Part shown: positions 19,815-28,815 of the stretch, piece by piece
Position numbering within the stretch: the stretch's first letter is position 1
How the letters are laid out: each line of letters opens with the position of its first letter
Source: a virus
IMG/VR virus record: IMGVR_UViG_3300021963_000037
Location: 64,001-128,000 of that record
Direction: 5' to 3' (one strand)
DNA length: 64,000 nt
Notes under the pieces: generated by a model
Seen by the model: only the letters and a program-made list of their open reading frames with translations
Database searches by the model: none
Told to the model about the DNA's origin: nothing
Made by a program: the position numbers and the translations under genes

Positions 19815-21668
19815 ATGGCACTACAAAAACTTAGAGATTTCTATCAATCTTCGAACACTGAAGTATTCAATGACTTAATGAAGAATAAAGTTGTTGTGTC
19901 AGAAAAGATAGCAGCACCGTCTCTTTATGTTAGAAGAGGTTTAAATGGTTTTGAATTTTTTAAAAATGGAACCAGCGAAGAGCTATCGATTGTTGATAGA
20001 ACTTTAGTATCTTTGTATGAAACTGCAATTAAATATTTCCAAGGACTTTCTCCAGAAATTAAACAATCGATGCCAATTGATTGGAAATTTGGATTTGAGT
20101 ATCTTCCGGAAGCAGATGCATCGCCTTTAAATTATGATTCAGTTCCATTAAACTATTTAATACTTACACATATCCAAGTTACTGGAGATAATGGTAAACC
20201 TAGAAAGATTATCAATGATACACATGTCCTAAATAAATGGGCAAAAACTTTTGAGGTTCAACAACCACCTGTTCTTTTTGAAGGAATGTTAGATGTAAAT
20301 CAACAAACCAGATTAAGAGATTTGGTATCTATGAGTAACGAACAATACCAAAAAGAATTCTCTGACAAATCTTTTACAAGAGAAGCATTTCATATCTTTA
20401 ATAGTAATTTATCAAAATCTACATTAAATGATAATTTAGATAAAGAAATTGATGGTTTAATTATCTCATTTGTAGAAGGTACAAAAATCAAATCATTTAA
20501 AATGGAAGCCTTTGATCGTGTAAATGAATCAAAGGATGATAGAGAGTCTAGCCATATGTATCAGATCACAATGGTTGACTTATTAGAATTCTTAAATGAT
20601 TTTAATTTAGACGAAATTGAATTAAACGAGGAGAACTCGGATTTACGATACATTGAATTAGTTTCAGCTGTCTACAATCAATATCTAAACAAAAACGCAT
20701 TTAAATATGTTGGAGCTAAATTTGATTCAGCTAGCTTTGCTACTGCAGAATGCTTCCAACTTAATACACAATATATTAAGAACGAAACAACATTAAAGTA
20801 TCTTGAGAACAATGTTCTTGCTGAGCTTTATAAAATTGTTGTTGGTAGTTTAAGAAAGAAACGAGTTAAAGAGAGTTCAATTATTACTGGACTTTTATTT
20901 ACTCAATTAAATGAAATCGTAGAAAAGATCGAACAAAAAATCTTTGTTGAAAATGCTGATGAACATGCAGTATATGATTTCAAAAATTATATCATTCATG
21001 ACAGAGTAGCAAACAGTCAAAAAATTACTGAAGCTCTTAAGATTGATTATCCTGCACAAGGAAAAGAGAAAGTAAATATCTTTGTTGGTAGATTCCAACC
21101 TTTTACTTTAGGACATGTTAAAGTTTTAGAAACTCTTTATAAACAAAACGGTTTTCCAGTTATAGTATTCTTAGTTAAAGCAAAAACTGTTAAGAAAGAG
21201 GATGCTGTTAAACGTCCTTATGATGTTGAAACACAAATTGAAATGTTTAACAATGTACAGAGAGAATACAAATTCTTAAAGCAAGTTATTGTTGTTCCTT
21301 CTGCTGCAATTGATGTTATGTTCAATCAACTTAGACCAAATTACGAACCAGTTCTTTGGGGTACCGGAACTGACCGAATGAAAGCATATGGATATATGGT
21401 TAATAATGACAAGTATCGTGATGAACTTGGAGTTTTACCAGAATTTGGTTTATATGAAATCCAAAGAGGAGATGATGATATTTCCGCAACAAAAGTTAGA
21501 CAATCTTTACTTGATAACAACGTTAAAGAATTTAACAAAATGACCCCAAACTCGCTTCACTCTATGTTTAATGACCTTAAACAAAAATTAGAGACTTCTA
21601 TTGCTAATGAATCAGTAGAACATGATGAAGAGTTTTTAACATTCGAACAATTTATAAATAAGATATAA
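19815..21668 (+). CDS. Fusion of a degenerate ligase-fold domain and a cytidylyltransferase-like (HxGH) nucleotidyltransferase
   Basis: N-terminal SEKIAA, FEYL, PVLFEG, DGLII, FKM; C-terminal GRFQPFTLGH and ISATKVR. Confidence 0.65.
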   Translation: MALQKLRDFYQSSNTEVFNDLMKNKVVVSEKIAAPSLYVRRGLNGFEFFKNGTSEELSIVDRTLVSLYETAIKYFQGLSPEIKQSMPIDWKFGFEYLPEADASPLNYDSVPLNYLILTHIQVTGDNGKPRKIINDTHVLNKWAKTFEVQQPPVLFEGMLDVNQQTRLRDLVSMSNEQYQKEFSDKSFTREAFHIFNSNLSKSTLNDNLDKEIDGLIISFVEGTKIKSFKMEAFDRVNESKDDRESSHMYQITMVDLLEFLNDFNLDEIELNEENSDLRYIELVSAVYNQYLNKNAFKYVGAKFDSASFATAECFQLNTQYIKNETTLKYLENNVLAELYKIVVGSLRKKRVKESSIITGLLFTQLNEIVEKIEQKIFVENADEHAVYDFKNYIIHDRVANSQKITEALKIDYPAQGKEKVNIFVGRFQPFTLGHVKVLETLYKQNGFPVIVFLVKAKTVKKEDAVKRPYDVETQIEMFNNVQREYKFLKQVIVVPSAAIDVMFNQLRPNYEPVLWGTGTDRMKAYGYMVNNDKYRDELGVLPEFGLYEIQRGDDDISATKVRQSLLDNNVKEFNKMTPNSLHSMFNDLKQKLETSIANESVEHDEEFLTFEQFINKI

Positions 21669-22777
21669 TGGCACAAACAAACGGAGACATTAGAGCAAGA
21701 TTTGCTGCAGCGTTATCAGCATTAGAAGAACTTAATGAAGGTTCTGAAATTCCAGTTTCTATCGGTAGAGATGTAATTGGAACAGTAAAACCAAACGATA
21801 CCGATACTATCGATCATCTTAAAAGTCTAGTAAATTCATCAGCTTCTAAAGAAACAATTATTAATTTTCTTTTAGGAATTGGTTATCCTGCTGACCAAGC
21901 AGAAATATTGTTTACAATTATTTCTAGAAACAATGATTTATCATCGTTTGTTAGTTATATTCAAAATAGAACAGTAACAATATCAAGTTTACTTGGTAAA
22001 GTCTCAGATTCAAATAGTATTAATTCAAGTATTGGAGTACCCGGAAAAGCATCTGCTGGTTTTTATGGTATGTCATGGAGAACTTCTCCGCCAATGGGAC
22101 CTGGTGAAGTATGGTTAAGTACTATATTGGCAGGCGGTAGAAGACCTAATGGATCTGAAAAGGGAGATGTTATTGTTGATGGTACCGAATTAGAAGTTAA
22201 AGGTCCAAATGGACGTTTAATTGGTCAAAGTGGATATGGCGATGCTAAACAAATGAGAGTTCATTTTTATAATGCAATGACCAATGTTGCTGCTAATTTA
22301 GGACATACTGATTTTACTGCTATTGATAGTGGTAAAGACAACTTTTGGAATGTTGGTAAAAAATCTGGAGAAGGAATTGAAATTAATCTAAAAGCAATTT
22401 CTAAATTAAATAAAGGTTTCTCTTCTAAAGAAATGTTAATGATTTCTGCTGAAATTATTGGAGCATTTAAAAATTACCTACTTAATTTAGATGTTTCTAA
22501 ATATTCTGGAGTATTAGCAAACTGTATTGGTAAAGATGGTTCTATTAATACTAGTAAATGGCATGCTGAAATACTACCAATGTATTTTGAATATTATCAA
22601 TCTCATGAGCTATTTAATTATATTGCGTTTACCAGAGAAGATGGTAGATTTTTATTAATTGATGCTTCTACATTTAGAGATGCTTATAATAAGGGTCTAA
22701 TTAATTTTACAGCAGCTCCAAGTTTTACTAATGGAGCGGGTTCTCAAGGTGGAACTTATGGCATAACTATAAAATAA
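21668..22777 (+). CDS. Putative PD-(D/E)XK nuclease
   Basis: GPGE...KGDVIVDGTELEVKG fits the E...D-x(7)-EVK catalytic arrangement. Confidence 0.5.
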   Translation: MAQTNGDIRARFAAALSALEELNEGSEIPVSIGRDVIGTVKPNDTDTIDHLKSLVNSSASKETIINFLLGIGYPADQAEILFTIISRNNDLSSFVSYIQNRTVTISSLLGKVSDSNSINSSIGVPGKASAGFYGMSWRTSPPMGPGEVWLSTILAGGRRPNGSEKGDVIVDGTELEVKGPNGRLIGQSGYGDAKQMRVHFYNAMTNVAANLGHTDFTAIDSGKDNFWNVGKKSGEGIEINLKAISKLNKGFSSKEMLMISAEIIGAFKNYLLNLDVSKYSGVLANCIGKDGSINTSKWHAEILPMYFEYYQSHELFNYIAFTREDGRFLLIDASTFRDAYNKGLINFTAAPSFTNGAGSQGGTYGITIK

Positions 22778-22812
22778 TCTGATATATAGAATATAAAAAT
22801 AAGAATTTAAGA

Positions 22813-24165
22813 ATGAATTTCGACGATTTTTTACAATCACTTAACGAATCTGAATCAGTAAATGAAGCAGGAATTGTCCTAAAAAGACAATATACTGAAG
22901 CTCATCCTGCTAAAACTGCATCTAAAACAGCGGTTATTCGTAATAAAGTTATTGAAGCCATCAAAGATGGTAAATTAACTAAAGAGGAATTTAACCTAAT
23001 TTTGACTAAAGTTTCTGAAGACCAAAAAAGATGGTTAAAAAGAAATTCTAGTCTTTTTAATGTTTCTGAAGACGGTGTTACATTGTCAAAAGCAGGACTT
23101 AAAATATATAATGAGCTTACAAAAGAAAATAAAATACAAAATAAACCTAGATTTGAAATGAAAAGATTAGTTGAATCATTCTCAGAATTTGTTGAGAATT
23201 TAAACAATGACCATATTAATGAGGCATTTGCATCTTCAAAGCTTGCAAGTCTTTTGACTGGCGGCGCAAAAATGCCAAAGGATCTTCCAGGAGCATTCTA
23301 TAATATGTCACAATTAGCACTTGATAAAATTCAAGATGTTGATATTATTGAAATGGATCCAGAAACTGCTAAAAAAGAAAAAAGAGCTAACGCTGTATAT
23401 TTCTATTTTACAACAAATGAAAAAGAGAATCCATATACTCAACAAGATTGGGGTACAAGAACAATTCCAGCAAATACTCTATTAGCTATCACTAATGGTC
23501 AAAATGAATGGATGAATGCTGAATGGTCAAGCAGATATGGTAGATCATCAAGCAGAACTTTAAAAGTAACTAAAAGAGATGATTCTGCTGGTATTTCAAA
23601 ATCTTCTGCAAACTCTAGTTACGGTTCTAAAATCTCAAGCTTAAAACAAGTTGTTGAACTTGCTGATAGAGCATATTGTTTAGATTTAGATATTCTTAGA
23701 GCAAGGTATTCTACAAGAGCTTTAAAAGATGAAAGATATGCTGCTAAAAAAGGAGCTGTTGCATTCCAAACTGATAAAGATTTTAAAGCAGAAAACTTAA
23801 AGAGATACAATGAAATTTTAGCTACTAAAGCAGCTGCATTACCATTAGATTCTCTAGTTGCAAACGCTATTGATACAATCGCTGGTCAAATCAAAGATGG
23901 TTTATCTAAAGGTTTAAAAGGAAGATACGATGAACTTATTGTTGGATTAGATCCAAAAGGAAGAGAAGTTAAAATGAACGATGCTGCAAATCTAATGAGA
24001 AATATCTTAGATGAATATTCTAGATATTGTGGAGATGCTGCAAATCAAGAAAAAGAAGTAGCTGCAGGTTACGGTGGTTCTTACTACGAAGGTAGCATGA
24101 AACAACGCGCTAAAAATCTTCAAGATTACATGAAGAAAATTGACAACCTAAACTACGCTTGGTAA
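22813..24165 (+). CDS. Hypothetical internal head protein with probable internal restart at 23158
   Basis: MNFDDFLQSLNE and internal MKRLVESFSEFVE motifs; late promoters at 22781 and 23103. Confidence 0.5.
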   Translation: MNFDDFLQSLNESESVNEAGIVLKRQYTEAHPAKTASKTAVIRNKVIEAIKDGKLTKEEFNLILTKVSEDQKRWLKRNSSLFNVSEDGVTLSKAGLKIYNELTKENKIQNKPRFEMKRLVESFSEFVENLNNDHINEAFASSKLASLLTGGAKMPKDLPGAFYNMSQLALDKIQDVDIIEMDPETAKKEKRANAVYFYFTTNEKENPYTQQDWGTRTIPANTLLAITNGQNEWMNAEWSSRYGRSSSRTLKVTKRDDSAGISKSSANSSYGSKISSLKQVVELADRAYCLDLDILRARYSTRALKDERYAAKKGAVAFQTDKDFKAENLKRYNEILATKAAALPLDSLVANAIDTIAGQIKDGLSKGLKGRYDELIVGLDPKGREVKMNDAANLMRNILDEYSRYCGDAANQEKEVAAGYGGSYYEGSMKQRAKNLQDYMKKIDNLNYAW

Positions 24166-24169
24166 TAAT

Positions 24170-24715
24170 ATGAAACATGTACAACTATACGAACAATTCG
24201 TAACTGAAAAAGCATACCAATTGACTGGAATTTACGGTGCAAAAGGTATTATTGGAAAAGTTCTATTTGCTTTTAAGAAAGAAATCGAACGAATTAAATA
24301 CGAAGGAGATGCTGACTCAACTTTAGCAGAACTTAACGATGTTTGGACCAAATGGGCTGATAAAGACGGCGCAAAAATCATCGAACAGGAAGTAATGAAA
24401 GTTGTTAAAGACAAGGAAGCTATTGTTTATATAGTTGCAACTTTATCTGAAGCTCAATGGATCGCAGATGTAGTTAATAGATTAAACACACCGACTGGTA
24501 CAGAACTTTTTGTTTCTTTAAATAACGATTTCGTAATTAATGTTGGTTTTGCGGATGATGTTGATGGAGATAAATTCTCTAGAAAACTTGATGGTATGAC
24601 AAACACTGCGGTTCCAGTAAGTATAACTGAAATTGTTGGATCTTTCGATTCTGCAGTAGGTTATAATAATGTTGAAATCAGAAAGAGCATCTTTTTATCA
24701 ATAGATGCAAAATAA
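24170..24715 (+). CDS. Hypothetical internal head protein
   Basis: N-terminus MKHVQLYEQFVTE resembles a capsid-targeting sequence. Confidence 0.5.
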   Translation: MKHVQLYEQFVTEKAYQLTGIYGAKGIIGKVLFAFKKEIERIKYEGDADSTLAELNDVWTKWADKDGAKIIEQEVMKVVKDKEAIVYIVATLSEAQWIADVVNRLNTPTGTELFVSLNNDFVINVGFADDVDGDKFSRKLDGMTNTAVPVSITEIVGSFDSAVGYNNVEIRKSIFLSIDAK

Positions 24716-24723
24716 TTTATAAG

Positions 24724-25191
24724 ATGCCTGCAACAAGCAAATCACAACAAAGACTAATGGGAGCAGCATATGCCGTAAAAGCCGGATATATGCTGCTTTC
24801 TGATGTTTCTGCAGAATACCAAGACAAAGTAAAGGACTTGACACTTTCAATGACTTTAAAACAACTTAAAGATTTTGCAGAAACTCCACATGAAGGACTT
24901 CCTGAGACTGTTGAAGAATCTAGTTTAGGATTTGCAACAAATACTGGTGGACCACAAAGTACTTTTATGCCAGGTGCTGGAATGGGAGCTATTAAACTTC
25001 CAAATATGGGAACTGGAGAAATAGGTTCTGGTGATGTTCCAAAAGGAGCTGGTTGGGCAGAAGACGAATACGAGAAAGAGAAAAAGAAAAAGAAAAGAAG
25101 AGAACAACTTCAAAAGAAAACTGAAAAACCAGTAAAAACATTTGAACAGTTTATTTTCGAAAAACTTAATCCATCTATAAAGGACAAATAA
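24724..25191 (+). CDS. DUF3008-like protein with C-terminal KTFEQF motif
   Basis: MPATSKSQQRLMGAA...SMTLKQLKDFA.T.HEGLPE matches the DUF3008 pattern. Confidence 0.65.
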   Translation: MPATSKSQQRLMGAAYAVKAGYMLLSDVSAEYQDKVKDLTLSMTLKQLKDFAETPHEGLPETVEESSLGFATNTGGPQSTFMPGAGMGAIKLPNMGTGEIGSGDVPKGAGWAEDEYEKEKKKKKRREQLQKKTEKPVKTFEQFIFEKLNPSIKDK

Positions 25192-25458
25192 ATGCTAAAC
25201 ATTATTTTACTAGGCGGAGAAAAAGACAAAAATTGGTCAGAAGCAGCAGTTGAAAAAATCATTAATTCAATTAATTCTTGCCAATCTTTAAAACAACTAA
25301 TGACATGTCGAGCATTAGTTAATAATTACCTATTTGCTGCAATCATAGCAGGAAACGAGACAGATGATAGCAATCTACGATTAGTCTCATCTCTATTACA
25401 CTTCTTAGTTAAGAGTAAAGAGAATCAACTTATTAAGGAAATGGATCTTATTTCCTAA
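25192..25458 (+). CDS. Hypothetical protein
   Basis: 88 aa ORF abutting the upstream gene. Confidence 0.5.
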   Translation: MLNIILLGGEKDKNWSEAAVEKIINSINSCQSLKQLMTCRALVNNYLFAAIIAGNETDDSNLRLVSSLLHFLVKSKENQLIKEMDLIS

Positions 25459-25463
25459 AATAT

Positions 25464-25510
25464 TTCACTAAATATTTTTTTATGTCATGGAAATTGTTTA
25501 TATTTACATA
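25464..25510 (+). promoter_or_regulatory. Putative early promoter, copy 1 of a 47 bp element
   Basis: 43/47 identity to 57452-57498; contains TATATTTA, one base from the Bacteroidota -7 element TAnnTTTG. Confidence 0.65.
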
Positions 25511-25531
25511 TAATATTTAAACAATCTCAAC

Positions 25532-25762
25532 ATGATAAAATCAGCTAAAGACAGAAAGAAAGGTCCAATCGAAATCGATCTTAATGGACCAGAAGGAAAT
25601 GCATTCTACTTAATGGGAATGGCAATGGACTTTGCTAAAAAGCTCGGTTGGACCAAGGAGCAAAAAGCAAAACTTAGAGTAGAACTGACATTCTCAGACT
25701 ACGAAAATCTAATTAACATCTTCGATAAACATTTTGGTGAATTTGTAATTTTATATCGATAA
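25532..25762 (+). CDS. Small conserved-type phage hypothetical protein
   Basis: IDLNGPEGNAF.LMG...DYENLI..FD..FG pattern seen in small phage proteins. Confidence 0.6.
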   Translation: MIKSAKDRKKGPIEIDLNGPEGNAFYLMGMAMDFAKKLGWTKEQKAKLRVELTFSDYENLINIFDKHFGEFVILYR

Positions 25763-25766
25763 TTTC

Positions 25767-25793
25767 GAAACTTTTTTGAACTTACTTATATAA
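25767..25793 (+). promoter_or_regulatory. Middle-type promoter GAAAC-N17-TATAA at the head of the modification cluster
   Basis: Exact motif and spacing. Confidence 0.65.
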
Positions 25794-25812
25794 TTACTAA
25801 ACATATCGAGAA

Positions 25813-26106
25813 ATGAGTATTTTAGAAGAAGCAGACAAAATCGTTAATCACAGATCAGAAGAAGCAGATCGTAACTATGGACCTTTCTCAGAAGGTATGG
25901 ATCGTGCAGCAATGATTTTTCAAGGAATGACTGGAATCCCAGTAACTGGAGAACACATGTTTAAAGCACTAGTTGCTTTGAAATTCTCTAGAGAATCTTA
26001 TAACCATAAGAAAGACAATTTGCTTGATGCAGTTGCCTATATTCAAGGATTAGAGAATTACCTTAATGAGATTGAAGAATCTCGCCCAATCAAATCAAAT
26101 GACTAG
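25813..26106 (+). CDS. DUF6378-like small helical protein (nucleotide pyrophosphatase-related)
   Basis: ILEEA..IV..R...YG, LK.SR, H..DN..D...Y pattern. Confidence 0.6.
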   Translation: MSILEEADKIVNHRSEEADRNYGPFSEGMDRAAMIFQGMTGIPVTGEHMFKALVALKFSRESYNHKKDNLLDAVAYIQGLENYLNEIEESRPIKSND

Positions 26107-27148
26107 TATCTACGATATTAAAGAAAAGTTAGCTGGTAAAAAGATTGCAATTGATGATGTTGTAACAACTTACAGCTCGAAAAAAGAATCACATAAATCT
26201 GCGTGGGCATATTTACTTATGTCCCAATTAAAAAGTCTAGGATTGGATGTTACTGTTTTAACAAAAGACGGTAACATTCATGATTTTGACGTTTGGATGG
26301 TAGCCTTACCAATGGAATTCCAAGGTAGTTACAATCTTTTTGGCGGTGCAGGAGATGAACCAGCTGCCAGAATCCAGAGATTTATTGATTTTAAAGGAGA
26401 TGTGTATTGTCTTAATCGAGAAATGCCAGATGTTGGAGCATTTGCTCAATCTCGTATGAATTCTTGTACAGACAATTGGAAATCATTAGACGTTGCAATC
26501 CTGTCATCAAGGTCAAAATCAGTTGAGACAATTGATTTAACCCTTAACTCAGATACCTTTGTACTAGGCGATAGCCATTCAGTATCTGCTTACGTTCCAG
26601 GAGCAAACATTTCCAGAAATGATGGTAAAACATTATTTGGAGTTATTAAAGAAGGAATGCAGAATTATATTCCTGCTGGAACAAAACACATAATCACATA
26701 TTTTGGTAACATTGATGTTAGACACCATTTGTGCCGCCAACCAGATCCAATTGCAGCAACTGAATCTCTAGTTAAAAACTATGTTGAACACTTAAAAAGT
26801 TTAGGCATGGAAAAGATCAGTGTTATGCAATTACTACCAATCGACCACGAAGAGAGAAGAATTCCAAAGACTGGATTCTATAAAGGAACACCTTTTTATG
26901 GAAATTTAGAAAAAAGATTGGAAATTTGTCGAATTTTTAACAATAAGCTGAGTATATATCTAAGTGAGGCCGGATACGAATTTATCCAATGGCCAAGCGA
27001 ATGGTACAAGCTAAGCCCAAAAGACTATGCGGACATTTATATGGAGAAACCAGGATCGGTGCACCTTTCACGAAATTATTATCAATATGATTTCGAAACT
27101 GGCCAAAAGAATCCAGCATTAAAACCAAAAGTCACGAGTTTATTTTGA
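26099..27148 (+). CDS. SGNH/GDSL-fold protein of the modification cluster
   Basis: LGDSHS, FGNIDVRHH and SVHL blocks; ends KVTSLF; start taken at ATG 26099. Confidence 0.55.
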   Translation: MTSIYDIKEKLAGKKIAIDDVVTTYSSKKESHKSAWAYLLMSQLKSLGLDVTVLTKDGNIHDFDVWMVALPMEFQGSYNLFGGAGDEPAARIQRFIDFKGDVYCLNREMPDVGAFAQSRMNSCTDNWKSLDVAILSSRSKSVETIDLTLNSDTFVLGDSHSVSAYVPGANISRNDGKTLFGVIKEGMQNYIPAGTKHIITYFGNIDVRHHLCRQPDPIAATESLVKNYVEHLKSLGMEKISVMQLLPIDHEERRIPKTGFYKGTPFYGNLEKRLEICRIFNNKLSIYLSEAGYEFIQWPSEWYKLSPKDYADIYMEKPGSVHLSRNYYQYDFETGQKNPALKPKVTSLF

Positions 27149-27173
27149 AACCTTTTATAAATTATAAGTATAA
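27147..27173 (+). promoter_or_regulatory. Middle-type promoter GAAAC-N17-TATAA upstream of ino1
   Basis: Exact motif and spacing. Confidence 0.65.
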
Positions 27174-27196
27174 CTTAAAACAAATTACTAAAAATC

Positions 27197-28375
27197 ATGA
27201 GTAAAATTAAAGTTGCAATTATTGGTACAGGAAACTGTGCTAAGTCTCTAGTAGAAGGAGTACAATTCTACACGGAAAATCAAGCAAATATCGATGGTAT
27301 GATGCGTAGCGATATCGGTGGATATGGTGCAAAAGACATTGAATTTGTTTGTGCATTTGATATTGATGAGCGTAAAGTGAATCAACCATTAGGTGTTGCA
27401 TTGAAGCAACGTCCAAATTCTGCATGGGATATCGTTCCAACTATCAATTCAACAGCTCCAGTTTATGAAGCTCCAGTTATTGATGGTTATGCATTATTAA
27501 TGGACGCATACCCAGAAGCAAATCGTTTCTTGGTTTCTGAAGAGTTGAGAAATTCAACTGAGACAAATCGTACTGAATGGACTGATAAAAAAGACAGACA
27601 GTGGAAAGACAAAGTTATTGCTCAATTAAAAGAGCACGAAGTTGAAGTATTGATTAACTACTTACCAGTAGGTTCTCAAGCAGCAACAGAATTTTGGGCA
27701 GAAATCTGCTTAGAAACTGGAATTTCTTTCGTAAACTGTATTCCAGTATTTATTGCATCTGATCCGGCATGGGAGAAACGTTTTATCGACGCAGGTATTC
27801 CATTGATTGGTGATGATATGCGTTCTCAATTTGGTGCATCTATCTTGTCTCAAATGTTACAAGAACTTGCATTCGAAAGAGGTCACGTAGTAAGAGCACA
27901 CATTCAACGTAACGTTGGTGGTAACACTGACTTCTTGAATATGGAAGACAAAACTCGTTTGAAATCTAAAAAGATTTCTAAAGAGAACGTAATCCGCGCT
28001 CAAAATGATATTCGTGGAATATCAACAGAAGGTTCATTCTTACATGCAGGTCCTTCAGAGTACATCTCATACTATGGAGATAACAAAGTTGCTAACTTCC
28101 GTTTAGAACTTGAAGGATTCGGTGGAGCACCAGTTATATTTGATGCTCAACTATCTGTACAAGATAGTCCAAACTCTGCAGGAGTCGTAATCGACGCTCT
28201 TCGTTATCTTAGAGTTGCAAGAGAAATGGGAATTGTTGGTGCTTTAAGAGGACCATCAGCATTTACTCAAAAGACACCACCTCAACAAATGATGTTTGTT
28301 GATGCTGTTCAAGAATGCGAAGCTTTAGCAAATCGTAAACTTACTAAAGTTACGGAGAAACAAGTTAAAGCTTAA
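27197..28375 (+). CDS. ino1: Myo-inositol-1-phosphate synthase
   Basis: IKVAIIGTGNCA.SLV.G, INYLPVGS, NCIPVFIA, GDD..SQ.GA, NVGGNTDFLNM, SKKISK, DSPNSAGV. Confidence 0.93.
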   Translation: MSKIKVAIIGTGNCAKSLVEGVQFYTENQANIDGMMRSDIGGYGAKDIEFVCAFDIDERKVNQPLGVALKQRPNSAWDIVPTINSTAPVYEAPVIDGYALLMDAYPEANRFLVSEELRNSTETNRTEWTDKKDRQWKDKVIAQLKEHEVEVLINYLPVGSQAATEFWAEICLETGISFVNCIPVFIASDPAWEKRFIDAGIPLIGDDMRSQFGASILSQMLQELAFERGHVVRAHIQRNVGGNTDFLNMEDKTRLKSKKISKENVIRAQNDIRGISTEGSFLHAGPSEYISYYGDNKVANFRLELEGFGGAPVIFDAQLSVQDSPNSAGVVIDALRYLRVAREMGIVGALRGPSAFTQKTPPQQMMFVDAVQECEALANRKLTKVTEKQVKA

Positions 28376-28385
28376 TTAATCCAAC

Positions 28386-28416
28386 AAGATGGAGAGTTTT
28401 GCTCTCCATCTTTTTT
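28386..28416 (+). terminator. Rho-independent terminator after ino1
   Basis: AAGATGGAGAG-loop-CTCTCCATCTT plus T tract. Confidence 0.75.
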
Positions 28417-28428
28417 CAATTTAGAAAG

Positions 28429-28806
28429 ATGAAAAATCAAGAAATATTTGCATATGATTTTGATGGTGTAGTTTCATTAGGAATTAGACCAAGATTTAGT
28501 GATGATGTTATTATCACAGGTAGATGTCAAGAAGAGGCGCCACACGTTTTTGAAAAATTAGCAGAAATGGGAATCTCTACAAATGTTTACTTTAATCAAA
28601 TGACCTTACAAGAAAGGGGAAATCATACAGTAGAAGCTAGAATTTTCTCTGGTCGCCATAAAGCTAGAACTATTCATAACCTTAAAGAAGAAGGAATTGA
28701 TGTTGTTCGTTTCTTTGATGATGACGAAGTTCAAATTGCAGTTATTAAACAATGGCATCCTAATTTAGATATTGTTCATGTTGTATCAACTCTTGTAGAA
28801 AAATAA
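28429..28806 (+). CDS. Minimal HAD-family phosphatase
   Basis: DFDGV, IITGR, K and FFDDD HAD motifs I-IV; start taken at ATG 28429. Confidence 0.75.
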   Translation: MKNQEIFAYDFDGVVSLGIRPRFSDDVIITGRCQEEAPHVFEKLAEMGISTNVYFNQMTLQERGNHTVEARIFSGRHKARTIHNLKEEGIDVVRFFDDDEVQIAVIKQWHPNLDIVHVVSTLVEK

Positions 28807-28815
28807 AATTAATCA

